A stretch of 62,897 bases of DNA, the filler included, from Sphacelaria rigidula (taxonomy: Eukaryota), in NCBI GenBank assembly GCA_964200075.2. It is 11 parts of 11 records of this genome, joined end to end, with 100 filler letters (N's around TTAATTAATTAA, not from the genome) between each part and the next. Parts side by side here need not be neighbours in the genome. Positions count along the whole stretch, not along the records: positions 51,546 to 57,171 come from CAXNAA020025754.1; positions 57,272 to 62,897 come from CAXNAA020025755.1; 9 more parts are not named here. The stretch is one strand, 5' to 3'. Shown one piece after another: positions 51,446 through 62,897 of this stretch. Both the position numbers and the translations under genes were made by a program. The notes beneath the pieces are model-generated. The model had not been told where the DNA came from. It ran no database searches and worked only from the letters and a program-made list of their open reading frames with translations. Numbering within the stretch: position 1 is the stretch's first letter; every line of letters begins with the position of its first letter.

Positions 51446-53439
51446 NNNNNNNNNNNNNNNNNNNNNNNNNNNNNNNNNNNNNNNNNNNNTTAATTAATTA
51501 ANNNNNNNNNNNNNNNNNNNNNNNNNNNNNNNNNNNNNNNNNNNNCCGCGGGTCGCCCCCCCAAAAGTGGCGGGCGGAGGCCCCCCGGGTTGCGCCAAGC
51601 CGCGGGGCGGGGGGGGGGGGGGAACCAAATACGACAGTATCTCTCCCTCTATATATACTGTATATATATATATGAACATGTATCATTTCGCATTTTTCAT
51701 ACTTTTGCCGACTTCTTTCCGGCGGCAGAGCATCTTATACCGCGATATTTTTTGCTGTGCACAAAAAAGGTGCAGTGGTACATTGCCTGTGAGGTTTAGG
51801 TGTCATGTGATACCGGTGGCGCGTGTTTTGGGCATCGAAAGTTGCCCAAACTGGCTCTATTTCCCGGGGTGCCGATCCCGAACCACAAAAGCCTCCTCAA
51901 GACCGAGCAAAACCTCGAAACAGGAACTAGAACCACAAAAACGTGTTCATGGCGGGGTATTTCTTCACAGTGTGGTTATCGATATAGTTCATCGGTTGTC
52001 GGCATGAGTGCTATGAGTCGAGAGTAGAGCGCCAATTGAAAGTACCTTCGGTCATTCGCTTTCACTTGGGCAAACATTCATTTCGTATGTTCTCTTCCTT
52101 GCCCCGATCACCGGCGTTTGCATTCAGCGACACGTCGACATCATACTGAGGGATATGAAGGGCATCGGTGACAAGCTACCACAGATGGCATGTAGTGCGT
52201 GGTGGAAGTGCATTGAGGATTTGAAATAAATCATTCACTGCTTGACCGCTTCACGTTTTCACTGTAAAGTACTACTCTCAAGCTCACTAAACACTGTTCG
52301 TCCTGCATGCAGAGCTATTTGTTGAACTGTCAGTGTACCTTGGTAGCAACACTTTATAAAAGTCCTACATGTAGAGCTACACTTTTGGAACATGAATCAG
52401 TAGTACGAATACACTCTCCTGTAATATGGACATGCTATCAACAGGTGAGGTGGAAATAGTCCTGTATATAAGGCTGCACCTACCGTGCCATTATTATACA
52501 GTCCAACTGATCATTTTCAAGAGACGTTTATTCGGGTGTTGACCTGGTTTTTAACGCATCACAAAAGTTGGGGAAGAAACATCTACCACCGTCATATCTA
52601 TTAAACGCCCCACGAAAGCATGTTTAAATTATTAATAGTTGTTTCTCAAACTCGGACTGAAAAAAATAGAACAAGGAGCTAGAGAATAAACCAAGAAACC
52701 GAGAGTAAAGTTTGATATACCTCTGTCGATGTTAAGATGAAAAGAGTATATATCCACGCCTCGTCAGCAGATGACTGGCTGTCGTGGTCAAATACTTCAA
52801 ACTGAGTGAAAAAATCCAGAATCCGGCCAAGAGAAAAACTGGGAGTACGAAATATCGGACAAGCGTGCTGGAATCCTCGTGAAAAATAGAGCAAATCTTT
52901 CCGAGGCCCGTATTCCACCAATAATCCGTGATAATAGGTTCAAAGGGGCAGTTTTCAGACAGATTTTTTTTCAGTCTATAAGAAGCGGCCTGACAGGGGA
53001 TCAGCACTACCTTTCCCTCGCGGACCGTCTGCTGGATATATGGTTAGGTAGCTAGCTAGCTAGCTAGGCGATATCATCTGGCAACAACACAGACTGTACT
53101 ATTTTTTTCGAAACAAGACCGTACAGTTCATTAAGCTCGCTACCATGGGGTTGGACGGCTCGGGGGTTTCTACTCTATATTCATTTTCGAAACAAGATCA
53201 TGTAGCACAATAAATTCGTAACCATGGGTTCGGAGGGCTCAGGGGTTTCTCCCCAAACACAAGAGTAATTACATGCACGTGCACTAACGACTAACGCACC
53301 CGAGCGGAATTGATGGCTAGGTAGCTGAGAATGAGTTGGATGGAGTTTGCATGGTCCTGTGAACAGGTGTTATCTGGCGTGGTAATCTGTAAGATGGAAG
53401 TGAAGCGCCGCTTCGTGCCTTTCGACCGTAAATTTTCGA

Positions 53440-53745
53440 TCGAAAACGATTGTTTTACACATTTTGCATCACCCCACAGAGAGGAGCCTAGTCCACTTTT
53501 CAGGTTCGCCTGGCTCCAAGGTTTCGAGAGTCGCCGCTAAACAATAATCCATGTGCAATAGAATCTATGGCGATCTCCTCAGATTTTTGGGCAGAGTGAT
53601 GTTGGCAAGCACAGATTATTGCACACGACTTATTGTTCAGCGGCCAATCTCGAAACCTCGGAGCCAAGCGAATCTGAAAAGTAGGCTAAGCTCCTCTCTG
53701 TGGGGTGATGCAAAGTGTACGAAACGTGTGAAAGCGATTTTCCCT
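53440..53745. repeat. Foldback inverted repeat with arms of about 120 bp
   Basis: TTTGCATCACCCCACAGAGAGGAGC...GGTTTCGAGA is mirrored by TCTCGAAACC...GCTCCTCTCTGTGGGGTGATGCAAA. Confidence 0.9.
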
Positions 53746-54940
53746 CTTTGGGGGTCGAAACGTGGGTTCAAGGTCCCAAAAGTGAATAATCCGTGGGCCA
53801 AAAATCTATTCGCCATAAACATCCGGCCTTCATACCGTAGGGCCATTTTTCATGAAAAAAGCAGAAAGATCGGGGCGTAGCGGGATATGAGGCTTGTGGA
53901 ACGGGAACGAAAGTAAACAATCTAGGCTAATGTGAGGGCAATTAATTGTGGAACGGTCGATGCAAATAGGTCAGTCAGGGAGATTGAGATTGTTTGGATC
54001 ACATCGTGTATTCACGATCGGGGTAAATATTACATTAATACCGTGGTCGGACCGGGAGGGACAGGCTCCGGGCATTGCGTATGGCACGATTTCAGAGGAA
54101 ATCAGAAGAGGCGTGTAATAGGGAATGCGATAGCAGAGATGAACACATGCACAAAATTGCATCTTACGGTCTGGCTTGGATTTGCGTTGCGTCACATCTG
54201 CTATTCACCCATCTCAAACTCAGCTCCCGGTATCCTGGTTTATTCGCTGGCTCTGAGTGGTGTCCTATTTTTTCAAGTGAAGGTGATCGCGATTCATGGG
54301 AGGACCTGACCTGGCGGTCAAAGGGTCTCATTACTGATGAATAGGCATCACTTTCACTTGAAAAAATAGGACAGGACAAACCAGGATGCCGGGAGCCGAG
54401 TTGGGACACCTCTGATGACAAATATTCCACATCCATGTCATGATGAGAGGAGCAAATCTCTGGAAACTTATAAATTCCCAGACAACAAGATTTTTCCAAA
54501 TCTCTCTGGCAAAAGCCATCGATTCCCAGAGACGTTTTTCTGTCTGGGAATCGACGTTCCATCACACACTCCTCGCCTACAAGTAAAGTACAGTCAGTCC
54601 AAAAGTAGTCGTGCACGTTATACGTACAGTACCGTGGGTACAGACATGACAGTACAGTGCTTTTTTCGTCGACGGCTTTCCCACTCTAAAATAGCACGAT
54701 GGCGCTCATGCTAGCTGTGTTGACTGCTCGCATCGTGTCATACTCGTCGTGGCCGCGTCCGATTTCAAACTCTGTAGTATTCTGTGTACTGAGACGGTTG
54801 CTACCGCACTACTGATTGTCACGTGAGTATGTTTCGTGCGTTATGGCACAACTCGTCTGCTGCACACATTGCACCGCTTGCGACATCGAAATAAGTGTTG
54901 ATACGCCCATCATTTCGATTATTTTAACACCTTCAGCTAC

Positions 54941-54976
54941 TGTGCGTGTGCGTGCGTGTGCGTGCGTGCGTGCGTG

Positions 54977-55039
<63 letters not shown>
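54941..55039. repeat. (TGCG)n/(TG)n compound microsatellite
   Basis: Read directly from the sequence. Confidence 0.95.
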
Positions 55040-55040
<1 letters not shown>

Positions 55041-55349
55041 ATCATCCCATCTATCCTGTACCTCGACGGGATTATTCACGTATTAGTTCACCGCAGTTGG
55101 GACGAGCACAAAATGCAAATGATGACCACGATGATATACCACCGTCTTCACGCGGGCTTGGTGCTGGCCTCGGGTGTACAAATCCCCAGGATTTTCTATA
55201 AACTAAAAGGTGGGGTTTTGAAAACTGATTCCACTAAAATGTCTCTGAAAAAGTAGTCCGGAATGACTTCTCCCAAGACTTTTGTCAGTCTACAAGAAGC
55301 GGCCTCACAAAAATCATCATTCATCATTATAGGTTCTGAACAGATTTGG

Positions 55350-57083
55350 CAAGGTCACGCACAACGTGCACAGCTGATGAGCAGCTACGCATATGTCACG
55401 CGTGTCGAAATTATTGCCGCCCACCAATTGCACGATCTTCCATTCGTGTTACTCAAGTTGGTCAACCTTATCCGGAGCCACCATCCGATGTTTTGTACAG
55501 ACACGATCACCACTATACATGGAGATACAACAGCCTACCTTAACCATATATTTTCGACTTGCGTCACCCCCGGGAGGCCCGTACCAACCTCCCGAAGGGG
55601 AACATTGTATGTATATATTACCTCGGTCTGTTGTCGAATGCATCGTCCACGAGACTAGTACAGGAGCCGGACGTCGAACCTACCGACCGGGTCTTGGGGG
55701 ATATTGAGTCTTCGATATGTGCAGAGCTTCATCATGCCTTCAATTCACTTCTCCAACGCGGCAGGCTACTACTTTCCCTCGAGTCATCCAATCACTCAAA
55801 GAGTCTGCCGTCAAAAATAGAGTGAGAAAAGTGCGGGAGTGGCCTCCGCTGCCGAATTTTTTCAGCCATCACCATCACGACAACCCGCGGAAACCGACAA
55901 AATGCTTCATAAAATTCCATCATCACCAGCATCGAGTACCTGGATTTCCAAGTCTTCCAAGTTGACCTTGTCACTAGGCTTCTCCCCCGCATGCTCCGAC
56001 CCCGCGACGTCAGCCCCGCCCTACGCTCCAGCACAAAACAATCGTGCGCGGATAGAGGGGTACGGGAGGGGGGCGGGAGAAGACGAATGGGCGTTTACTT
56101 GTCGTGTAAAGATACATGGCAGATATTAGATGTGGATGCGGTCGTGCTTACGAAAACGGATGAATCCCGTCTACCACATCACACAAGCTAAGTAACTCCT
56201 GCCACGAATCATGGCACAAGGGCACGAGAGGGCGGGGAGTTCACCGTATTTTGTTCTCTGTACCCTTACGAATTTCCAGGTGAATCCAGAAAACAGAACA
56301 TCCTTGACCCTTGTGTTCTTGACTCTTGAGCTCAGTTTCGGAGAGTTTCTTGGTAAAATGATGTTGCTCACCACTCATTCCCACTCCACACCAACGTATG
56401 GTTTTACCTGAACGTACATGAGGTACCCCCTCAGCCGGAGACATATCGTACGAGGCATTCCACCTGGTAACACTGACCCCTACTTTCAAGTCACACCCAC
56501 AGGATCGGAGGGCAGTGCGAACCCGTATATGAAGAGAGTGAACACCGGGGTTCTCGATACCGTCGGACATCCAATATGTCCAAATAACACGCACGGTAGA
56601 TCGGCAAAATAGCCCGACAAAAGCGAGCGCCCCCCTCAGTGCTCCCCACGGCCCTCTTCTTGTTCGGTTCGCCTTCCTTGACAACACCTCGTCCACTTTT
56701 TTTTTTTAACGGGTCTGCTTTCTGCAGTGCGACGCCCAGCGTTAAAAGAAAAAATATCGAGATTGGGTGATTTCGTCAACCCGGGGCATATACCCCGTAT
56801 GTCGCCTACGGTGCATCAATGAAGTCCTTAAAGCGGTTGACCCTCCCGGTCAGTGTCCCCCCCTTACCCCCGCGTTTTCGGTGTCGATCTCGGCCGCGTT
56901 GTTGTCGATATTTGGGTCGGCCGCCTGGCGCGTCTCTCCCGGCTCGCCCCGGATATTGGGCGGCGGCTTGTTGTCGGGATCATCGGGCGAGTTCCTCCGC
57001 TCAGCCGCCCTGTCGTGCATGTTGTTGCCCCTCTGCTTCATCATAGCGTCGATCCTGTGCTTCTCCGCTTGTCTCCTCGACAT
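55350..57083 (-). pseudogene. Decayed intron-containing ORF, possibly a Cys-rich DNA transposase
   Basis: Open first exon (MSRRQAEKHRIDAMM...ENAG|GTAAGG), CTGCAG acceptor near 56725, then frame-broken Cys-rich segments. Confidence 0.3.
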
Positions 57084-57433
57084 CTTTTTTTTTTTTACCC
57101 CCACGATTCCGAAAAATTACGATTGAAAAAAAAAAATCCAAGTAAGTGTTGCGGCGATTCTTGTTTTGTGTNNNNNNNNNNNNNNNNNNNNNNNNNNNNN
57201 NNNNNNNNNNNNNNNTTAATTAATTAANNNNNNNNNNNNNNNNNNNNNNNNNNNNNNNNNNNNNNNNNNNNCTCATCCATACTGCCTGACACCGTTTGGA
57301 ACCAACACCAAGCGCGACGCAAGTATGGAAGGATGTCTGACACACTTTTGAGCCTCGTTTTTCGGGCAACCAAATACCCACCCCCCTATCGTAGGATGAC
57401 TCCATCCAAATTCAAAATAACAGTCAGTACGAT

Positions 57434-57580
57434 TCGGGCCCAACAATCTTAGCAGGATGCGGCTCACCCCTCATGCGACTCGCCGAACACATCGCAGCGC
57501 TTCGCACTGGGTGATTGAGTGCAAGCCTGGTCCGGTGAAAACCCGGCGTGCTCCGTCCCGGCTTTATAGGGATGCAAGGC
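57434..57580 (-). repeat. Dispersed repeat family A, copy
   Basis: Colinear with 12425-12568. Confidence 0.85.
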
Positions 57581-57978
57581 CAACGATCAAGTGACTACGA
57601 CATGCACGATCAAGAGGACATTCCCACGCGCTCCACTCTCTGTTCCTTCGCTGGTTGTCGAGTCCTGTGTGGTCTGGGGGCGATGTTCACCACGCGACAT
57701 TTTGCGATGAACGGGAAATCGAACGCTGTTGCCGAGCCCTGTTGTTTCCTTTAATTTTCCCTTTGTCATCACTACGCCAACGTTTCGATACAAAGTGCCA
57801 GAATAGCACGTGACAAAATACGTGGAATATGTGGTCGGTACAGTACATCCACCCATTGTATATCTAACTGGACAGAGAAAATGGACGCAGCAGTCGTGCG
57901 TTTGTCGACGATTCACGACTTGCTGCACAATGATGTGAGACATGCATGCGTTCGTCGTAATCTGTTTGTTTCGCACAG

Positions 57979-58063
57979 GCGTCCCTGGGCACCAGAGGGG
58001 GCAGGATTCGACGTCAACATCGAGATCCTGGAAGCGGCAATGGCCGTCTGCCGGCGAAGACAG
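57979..58063 (+). CDS. TTLL3: Tubulin monoglycylase TTLL3/8-like, exon
   Basis: CACAG acceptor and CAG|GTGAC donor. RPWAPEGAGFDVNIEILEAAMAVCRRRQ, phase 0 into the next exon. Confidence 0.7.
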
Positions 58064-58520
58064 GTGACACGGCCTTCCACACCGATAGTTGAGCACGACG
58101 CGTGGGGGAGGTGAAGCAATGCACAGCACCGACTTCCAACTGAGGTGTTGGCAGTCTACGGCAACGAGCGTACCGTTTGCTACAGGTTTCTTAACAGCGT
58201 TGTGCTTCGCCTTGGCATTGTTTTTTTGTATTTTTTCTCGAAACAGCTGTCGAACAGCACTGTATCGCAGGCATGCTCCCCGCTAGCTCATCCGTTCACG
58301 GGCTTCGTTGGATGGGACCCTTGGCTGAGTATTCAACAGGGGCGCGGTTGGGTAGCGTTTCCTCATCACACCTCCTTCCGATGCCTTGGTGTAGGGAGCA
58401 ATATATGCTCAGCTGATGCTCGCTCATTACTCGTCCATACGATTCAACTCAACGTCGGATGAAACGTCATATACCCCCTCTCCAATCTCTACCCTTTCCC
58501 CCAATCCCCATTGTGAAAAG

Positions 58521-58781
58521 GCCACGACGTGCGACGGAAGTTTAGACAAAACCAGTCCCGTGGAGCCTTTGTGCAGCGAGCTGGAATGGGAGCTAATTGG
58601 ACTCGGTACGGGGAGCAGCGTAGCGCCTCACCCCGACATGCCCGGGCTATATCAGCCCCAACCCTTGTCGTCGAGACCCCCAACCCCTCTGGAGTCATTA
58701 TTGCCGGCCAGCAGTCACGACAGCAACGGAGAAGCTCCGACAGAAAAGGGGGGGACTCGATTTGGCGGCGTCGGGTGGGAG
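58521..58781 (+). CDS. TTLL3: TTLL3/8-like, exon
   Basis: AAAG acceptor and GAG|GTGAG donor, 87 codons, contains PLCSELEWELI. Confidence 0.7.
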
Positions 58782-59098
58782 GTGAGACATCGGCGGCACG
58801 GTTCAAGGTCGGACAGGATAGGATTCTGCCGAAAAGCATCAGCCACCAGTCGGTACCGCACGCTTTCCTGGCCGGCCGAACAACAGCTTTGCACTTGAAC
58901 GTTTTACATCTTCATGTGACCTTTTCGACGCAACACTCCAGTCGGGCTATTGTACAGACTTCGAGGTTCCTTATTTTGCCCCCGCAAAACGTTTTACTCT
59001 CTCACTCATGCTCCGTATACACTAGTACGGTCGTGTTGTTGAAACGCACACAGAAAGCACACCAGGCCGAGTTTCGATGTTACTCGTATACGAAACAG

Positions 59099-59260
59099 GC
59101 CAACACAGCAAGTGCAAGGGAGGAAAAACGAAGATCCAGAATACAGCACCGGCTGATGAACAAGCTGCAGGAAGAGCGAAGGGCCGCCGTAGCCGAGCGC
59201 ATTCAGTCCGTTGAGCCCTTGGGAGAAGACAGGTTGAGGCTGGTAGAGGGGACTCTTGAG
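59099..59260 (+). CDS. TTLL3: TTLL3/8-like, exon
   Basis: AACAG acceptor and GAG|GTATG donor, 54 codons, leads into the PQ..L.G motif of the next exon. Confidence 0.75.
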
Positions 59261-59803
59261 GTATGCAGCGGGGGATGGCGTGGTCTCTATCTTGTCCCTT
59301 CTCCCATTGACGTAGCTATGGCTCGAATGCCTCTCTGTTAGATTGTTGACCACTTATTCTCTAGATGGCGAACTAGCATTAGAGTGGTACCTCTTTACGT
59401 ATCATGCACGTCCTGACAGTTGCGGACTCAGATGTAGGGGTTGGGAAACGCAACGGTATAATATGCTGTGTGCTGTGAGCAGTAGTGAGGAGGGTTGGGG
59501 GGGGGAGGGGGGCACGGTCGAGATGAGCTCCGTGCACCAGCTGTCATGCCAAGCATTGGAAACAACGGAACGGCGTCGAGCGCGGCGAGAGATGAATGTA
59601 GCACGGTTGCAACGTGGAAACACCGTATATTCTATACATATCGTAATGGTAGTGTGGAGTGCTTGCTCTCGTTGACGTCCCAAAACGTAACGAATACAGG
59701 TAACGCGGCCGGACACCACGAGGGTGTGCCTAATAAGGTGAACCTAAAGCAGCGACAGCTGCCGTCACGGCAGCTCCTCTCTCCTCCTCCATATCTTCCC
59801 TCA

Positions 59804-60247
59804 AACACGGGATTATACAAGTTCGGGATGAGTTTTTTTATCGAGGATGAGAACCCGGAGAATTAAAATATTCGTACCCACACAAAATCTTCGGAATAAA
59901 GTTTCACTCCTTCACCTACTGGTAGCTATTGCCTACTACTACATGCCGTACAAGTTTGGATCTTGATAACCGACATGTTGGGGTCCTAGGTGAAGAAACA
60001 TTTTTGGGGAATTTGGATGACCCGATCAGATCATCGAAGTTCCCTAAAATTGGTTTTCCACCTAGGACCCCAGCATTTCGGTTATCGAAATCCAAACTTG
60101 TCTGGCGCGTATTAGTTGTCCAAAGCTACCAGCAAGTGGAGAAGCAGAACCATATTTCGAAGATTTGGTGTGGATACGAAGATTTTACTTCTCCGGGTTT
60201 CTAATTCTCAGTTATAAATCCATTCCCAGTTTGTAAAATCCCGTGTT
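59804..60247. mobile_element. Foldback MITE family B in a TTLL3 intron, 4-bp TSD CTCA
   Basis: CTCA|AACACGGGATTATACAAG...TTTGTAAAATCCCGTGTT|CTCA. Confidence 0.9.
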
Positions 60248-60553
60248 CTCAGCACTTTACTGTGATGACATTCGTTTTGATCATAGTGTCCGGATTTGAT
60301 TTAAAACAACAACGTGCATTCTCCATGTTTTTTCTTCTACTTTCGCCGTCATACTCTGCAAAGGTACGCCTCACTCGCCGCGCCTACGAAGCTTTCCTTG
60401 CCCTCGACACCGATGATAATATAGCAAGGCGAGACTCTGGTAATAAGAAATTCAACGAATAATCGAAACATAATGTTTCGCTGCTTTTTTCTTATTTGAA
60501 CATGGGTGTTGATCTACGAATATTGCCTCTTTTATCCTATGTCCTACGCGTAG

Positions 60554-60745
60554 GGGATGAAGTCTTGCGGACCGCAGTTTGATCTAAACGGGGACTTCTG
60601 CCAGAACATGTGGATCGTCAAACCGGCCGCCAAGTCGAGGGGTAGAGGGATAGAGTGCTTCACCAATCTCAGCAAGCTGCTCAGCTACACCGAGTCCAAA
60701 CAGCCGCAAGCAGTGTCGCAGTGGGTTGTTCACAAATACATGGAG
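60554..60745 (+). CDS. TTLL3: TTLL3/8-like, exon (start of the TTL catalytic domain)
   Basis: PQFDLNGDFCQNMWIVKPAAKSRGRGIEC...WVVHKYME. WIVKP.AKSRGRGI is the glycylase-type motif. 64 codons. Confidence 0.95.
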
Positions 60746-61139
60746 GTACGAACAAAACAGCAAAATGTGCTGCATACGCTTCGGGTAACGCCTTACACAC
60801 ACGCGCAATGATGACAATCGCCGTCACATTTCTGCAGGCAGGCATCGTGTATTTTGTTGGGGGGGCGGGCGGAACGTGGAGGGTAATCAGTGAATAACAC
60901 CGCTGCCGATTTGAATTACGAAAGGATGTCGAACACGCTTGAGAAAACGCATGACGTGGTTACATAGCTGGTGAACGTGTTGCAGTTGAACACGAGTGAA
61001 CTGCGGATAGACACCACTCTTTCAGCATACGCGCTCTGCGGATCATTTGTTTTCAAGACTTTAAATCATCTCCGTCCTCCCCCGCCGGACTCTCCACCAC
61101 ACCCGTGTACACTCGCGCGCCGCATGTTCATGATCTCAG

Positions 61140-61259
61140 AACCCTCTGATCATCGCCAGACGCAAGTTCGATCTCCGGCAATGGGTTCTCGTGACCGACT
61201 GGAATCCAATGACGGTGTGGTTCTATGACCACTGCTACGTTCGCTTCGGAGTCGAAGAG
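61140..61259 (+). CDS. TTLL3: TTLL3/8-like, exon
   Basis: [40 protein letters not shown] (not in the ORF track). CTCAG acceptor and GTGAG donor. Confidence 0.95.
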
Positions 61260-62275
61260 GTGAGCACAGTAAGCATGATCAAAACGATTGAAATCAGTAT
61301 GTTTCTCGTTCAAAACCCCACGTTCGTCTGTTGAAATACTAGATAATTCCGCCCGAAAAAGCTTGGGCTGAACTCGCGAACCCATGGTGGTCGATCCAAC
61401 TACGTAGTATTAAAGTTGAAATTGGGGACGTTCGTAGGAGAGGCGTGGGTGTCGAGTAAACTTCAGAGTCTCGTGTCACAAAAGGGCTTCGTGGCCGTTG
61501 ACGGCTACGTTGAGTCGTTACCCTGCTGCATTGGATTTAGAGATCTGGAATGTACAGTCGATGCCGTCAAAGAGTGGAGGGGGTCGGTTGTAGGACATCG
61601 CGTTTATAGTGGTGAGCGTAGTGATCTCATCGTTGACAAGTGGGACCTCGGCAAAATGTAGGGTCACGGTTGTGCTGATGCGCCTGCTGAGAAGATCTGA
61701 GGTCGTTCTGGTGGGAGATACCGGACACTAGACTAGACTTTAATGCGGATGCCTCCATTCCGCGTGAAGCAGCTATACGCTGATCCACAGAACAGTCCCC
61801 TTAAATACGAAACGTAGCGGTCTTATGATGCGTATAAGTATATGTGTTCTCGTCCTACACTATAAAGATCTCAACGTGGACAGCAGTGGTGACGGCTATA
61901 CTGACCGTGCGGAAAATACGTTTACAGTTCGTGTGTAATGGTATCTCTACCTCCAGAGGTGGGAAATAGGGAAGGGGTGGCGGTGGTAGTGGTATTCATG
62001 GGTTTCAGGCACACCCGGATCTGTCGGTGGTAGGCACTAGTCCGCACCAGCGGCATTGTTCCGAAGTTGCATATGCAGCCATCACCACGGTTAGAGGTCA
62101 AATGCTTACATATTCGTGACACGAGTACACGCCTCATCGGCATCTCTTGGTCAACTCTCATAGGCAACTTGTCAACCCGTTGATTGGTGCGTGTGCTTTC
62201 GCCGTCTTTCCACCTCTGGCGCGACCGAAAAACCAATGTCTCCACGACGCACCATGGCTAAAACGTCACGGACAG

Positions 62276-62362
62276 TACACGACCTCGGACAGCAATCTGG
62301 GGAACGGCTTCGTGCACCTGGTCAACAACAGCATCTGCAAAAAGTCCGATCACTTCGGAAGG
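62276..62362 (+). CDS. TTLL3: TTLL3/8-like, exon
   Basis: YTTSDSNLGNGFVHLVNNSICKKSDHFGR carries the HL.NNSI.K motif. AGG|GTGAG donor. Confidence 0.92.
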
Positions 62363-62470
62363 GTGAGAGCACGTGGTGAAGGGATGAATGCCGGATGTAA
62401 CGTGCGATTCGGCAGATATTTTTGTTTTGTTGGGTCACGGTTATGTTGTACTTTTTCCCCTCCTTGCCAG

Positions 62471-62897
62471 ATAATAGCAACAGAAGCAGCAACGCAAGGG
62501 GTTCAGGTGGGTGAAGATATTGTATCAGGATTGATGTTCGCGGATGATTCTGTGGGGATGTCAGGGACACCAGAAGGACTACAGACACAGATAGACAAGG
62601 CGCTAGAATACACTAGGAAATGGAAAGAGGGACAGCGAACGTCAACAAATGCGCGGTACTCGTCTGTAACGAAGATAAGAAAAATCTGGGAAAGTCCAAA
62701 TAGTGGAAGTGGGTAGAAAAGAAACTGACGATCGTAGACCAGTTTACGTACCTTGGCGTAGAGATCTCAAGAAACTGTCCTTGGGATGCACACATAAACA
62801 AAGTAATAGAAAGGGGTAAGGTACAGATAGGCAGGTTGGACGTGATCCCTCAGAGACCCGCGCCTAGACACTAGGATCAAGAGATGGATCCTGATGA
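62471..62897 (+). mobile_element. 5'-truncated, frameshifted LINE reverse transcriptase fragment
   Basis: GVQVGEDIVSGLMFADDSVGMSGTPEGLQTQIDKALEYTRKW, then in a shifted frame ANVNKCAV...VDQFTYLGVEIS...WDAHINKV. Confidence 0.9.

Noticed and set aside
5629..57271. Regularly spaced TTAATTAATTAA motif about every 5.7 kb, and ORFs ending in X...LIN
   Set aside because: It is an assembly linker. Adjacency between contigs has no biological meaning.

Overview
This is not one locus. It is 11 unrelated, length-sorted contigs of 5626-5628 bp (1-5628, 5729-11356, 11457-17083, 17184-22810, 22911-28537, 28638-34264, 34365-39991, 40092-45718, 45819-51445, 51546-57171, 57272-62897), joined by an artificial N44-TTAATTAATTAA-N44 linker. 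The DNA is repeat-rich, intron-rich eukaryotic nuclear sequence. A brown alga or other stramenopile is my best guess, which is an inference and was not tested. Host genes I recognise: two exons of the RNA polymerase III second-largest subunit (RPC2/POLR3B, minus strand), six exons of a TTLL3/8-type tubulin glycylase (plus strand), and two orphan exons. Most of the rest is transposon-derived: Ty3/Gypsy gag-protease regions, a chromovirus family (5' LTR-gag-protease in one contig, chromodomain-PPT-3' LTR in another), a Ty1/Copia gag, a LINE RT fragment, a probable MULE relic, and many nested foldback MITEs, some with resolvable target-site duplications (TSDs). The best leads are: Gag proteins carrying host-type short linear motifs (a PAM2-like PABP-binding motif and an MIU-like ubiquitin-binding helix), a chromovirus with a hairpin where the tRNA primer-binding site should be, a LINE RT fragment in frame behind a strong splice acceptor in TTLL3, and an antisense tRNA-like Pol III unit inside an RPC2 intron. 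No database searches were run, so family calls rest on motif recognition, and repeat boundaries without a TSD are approximate.
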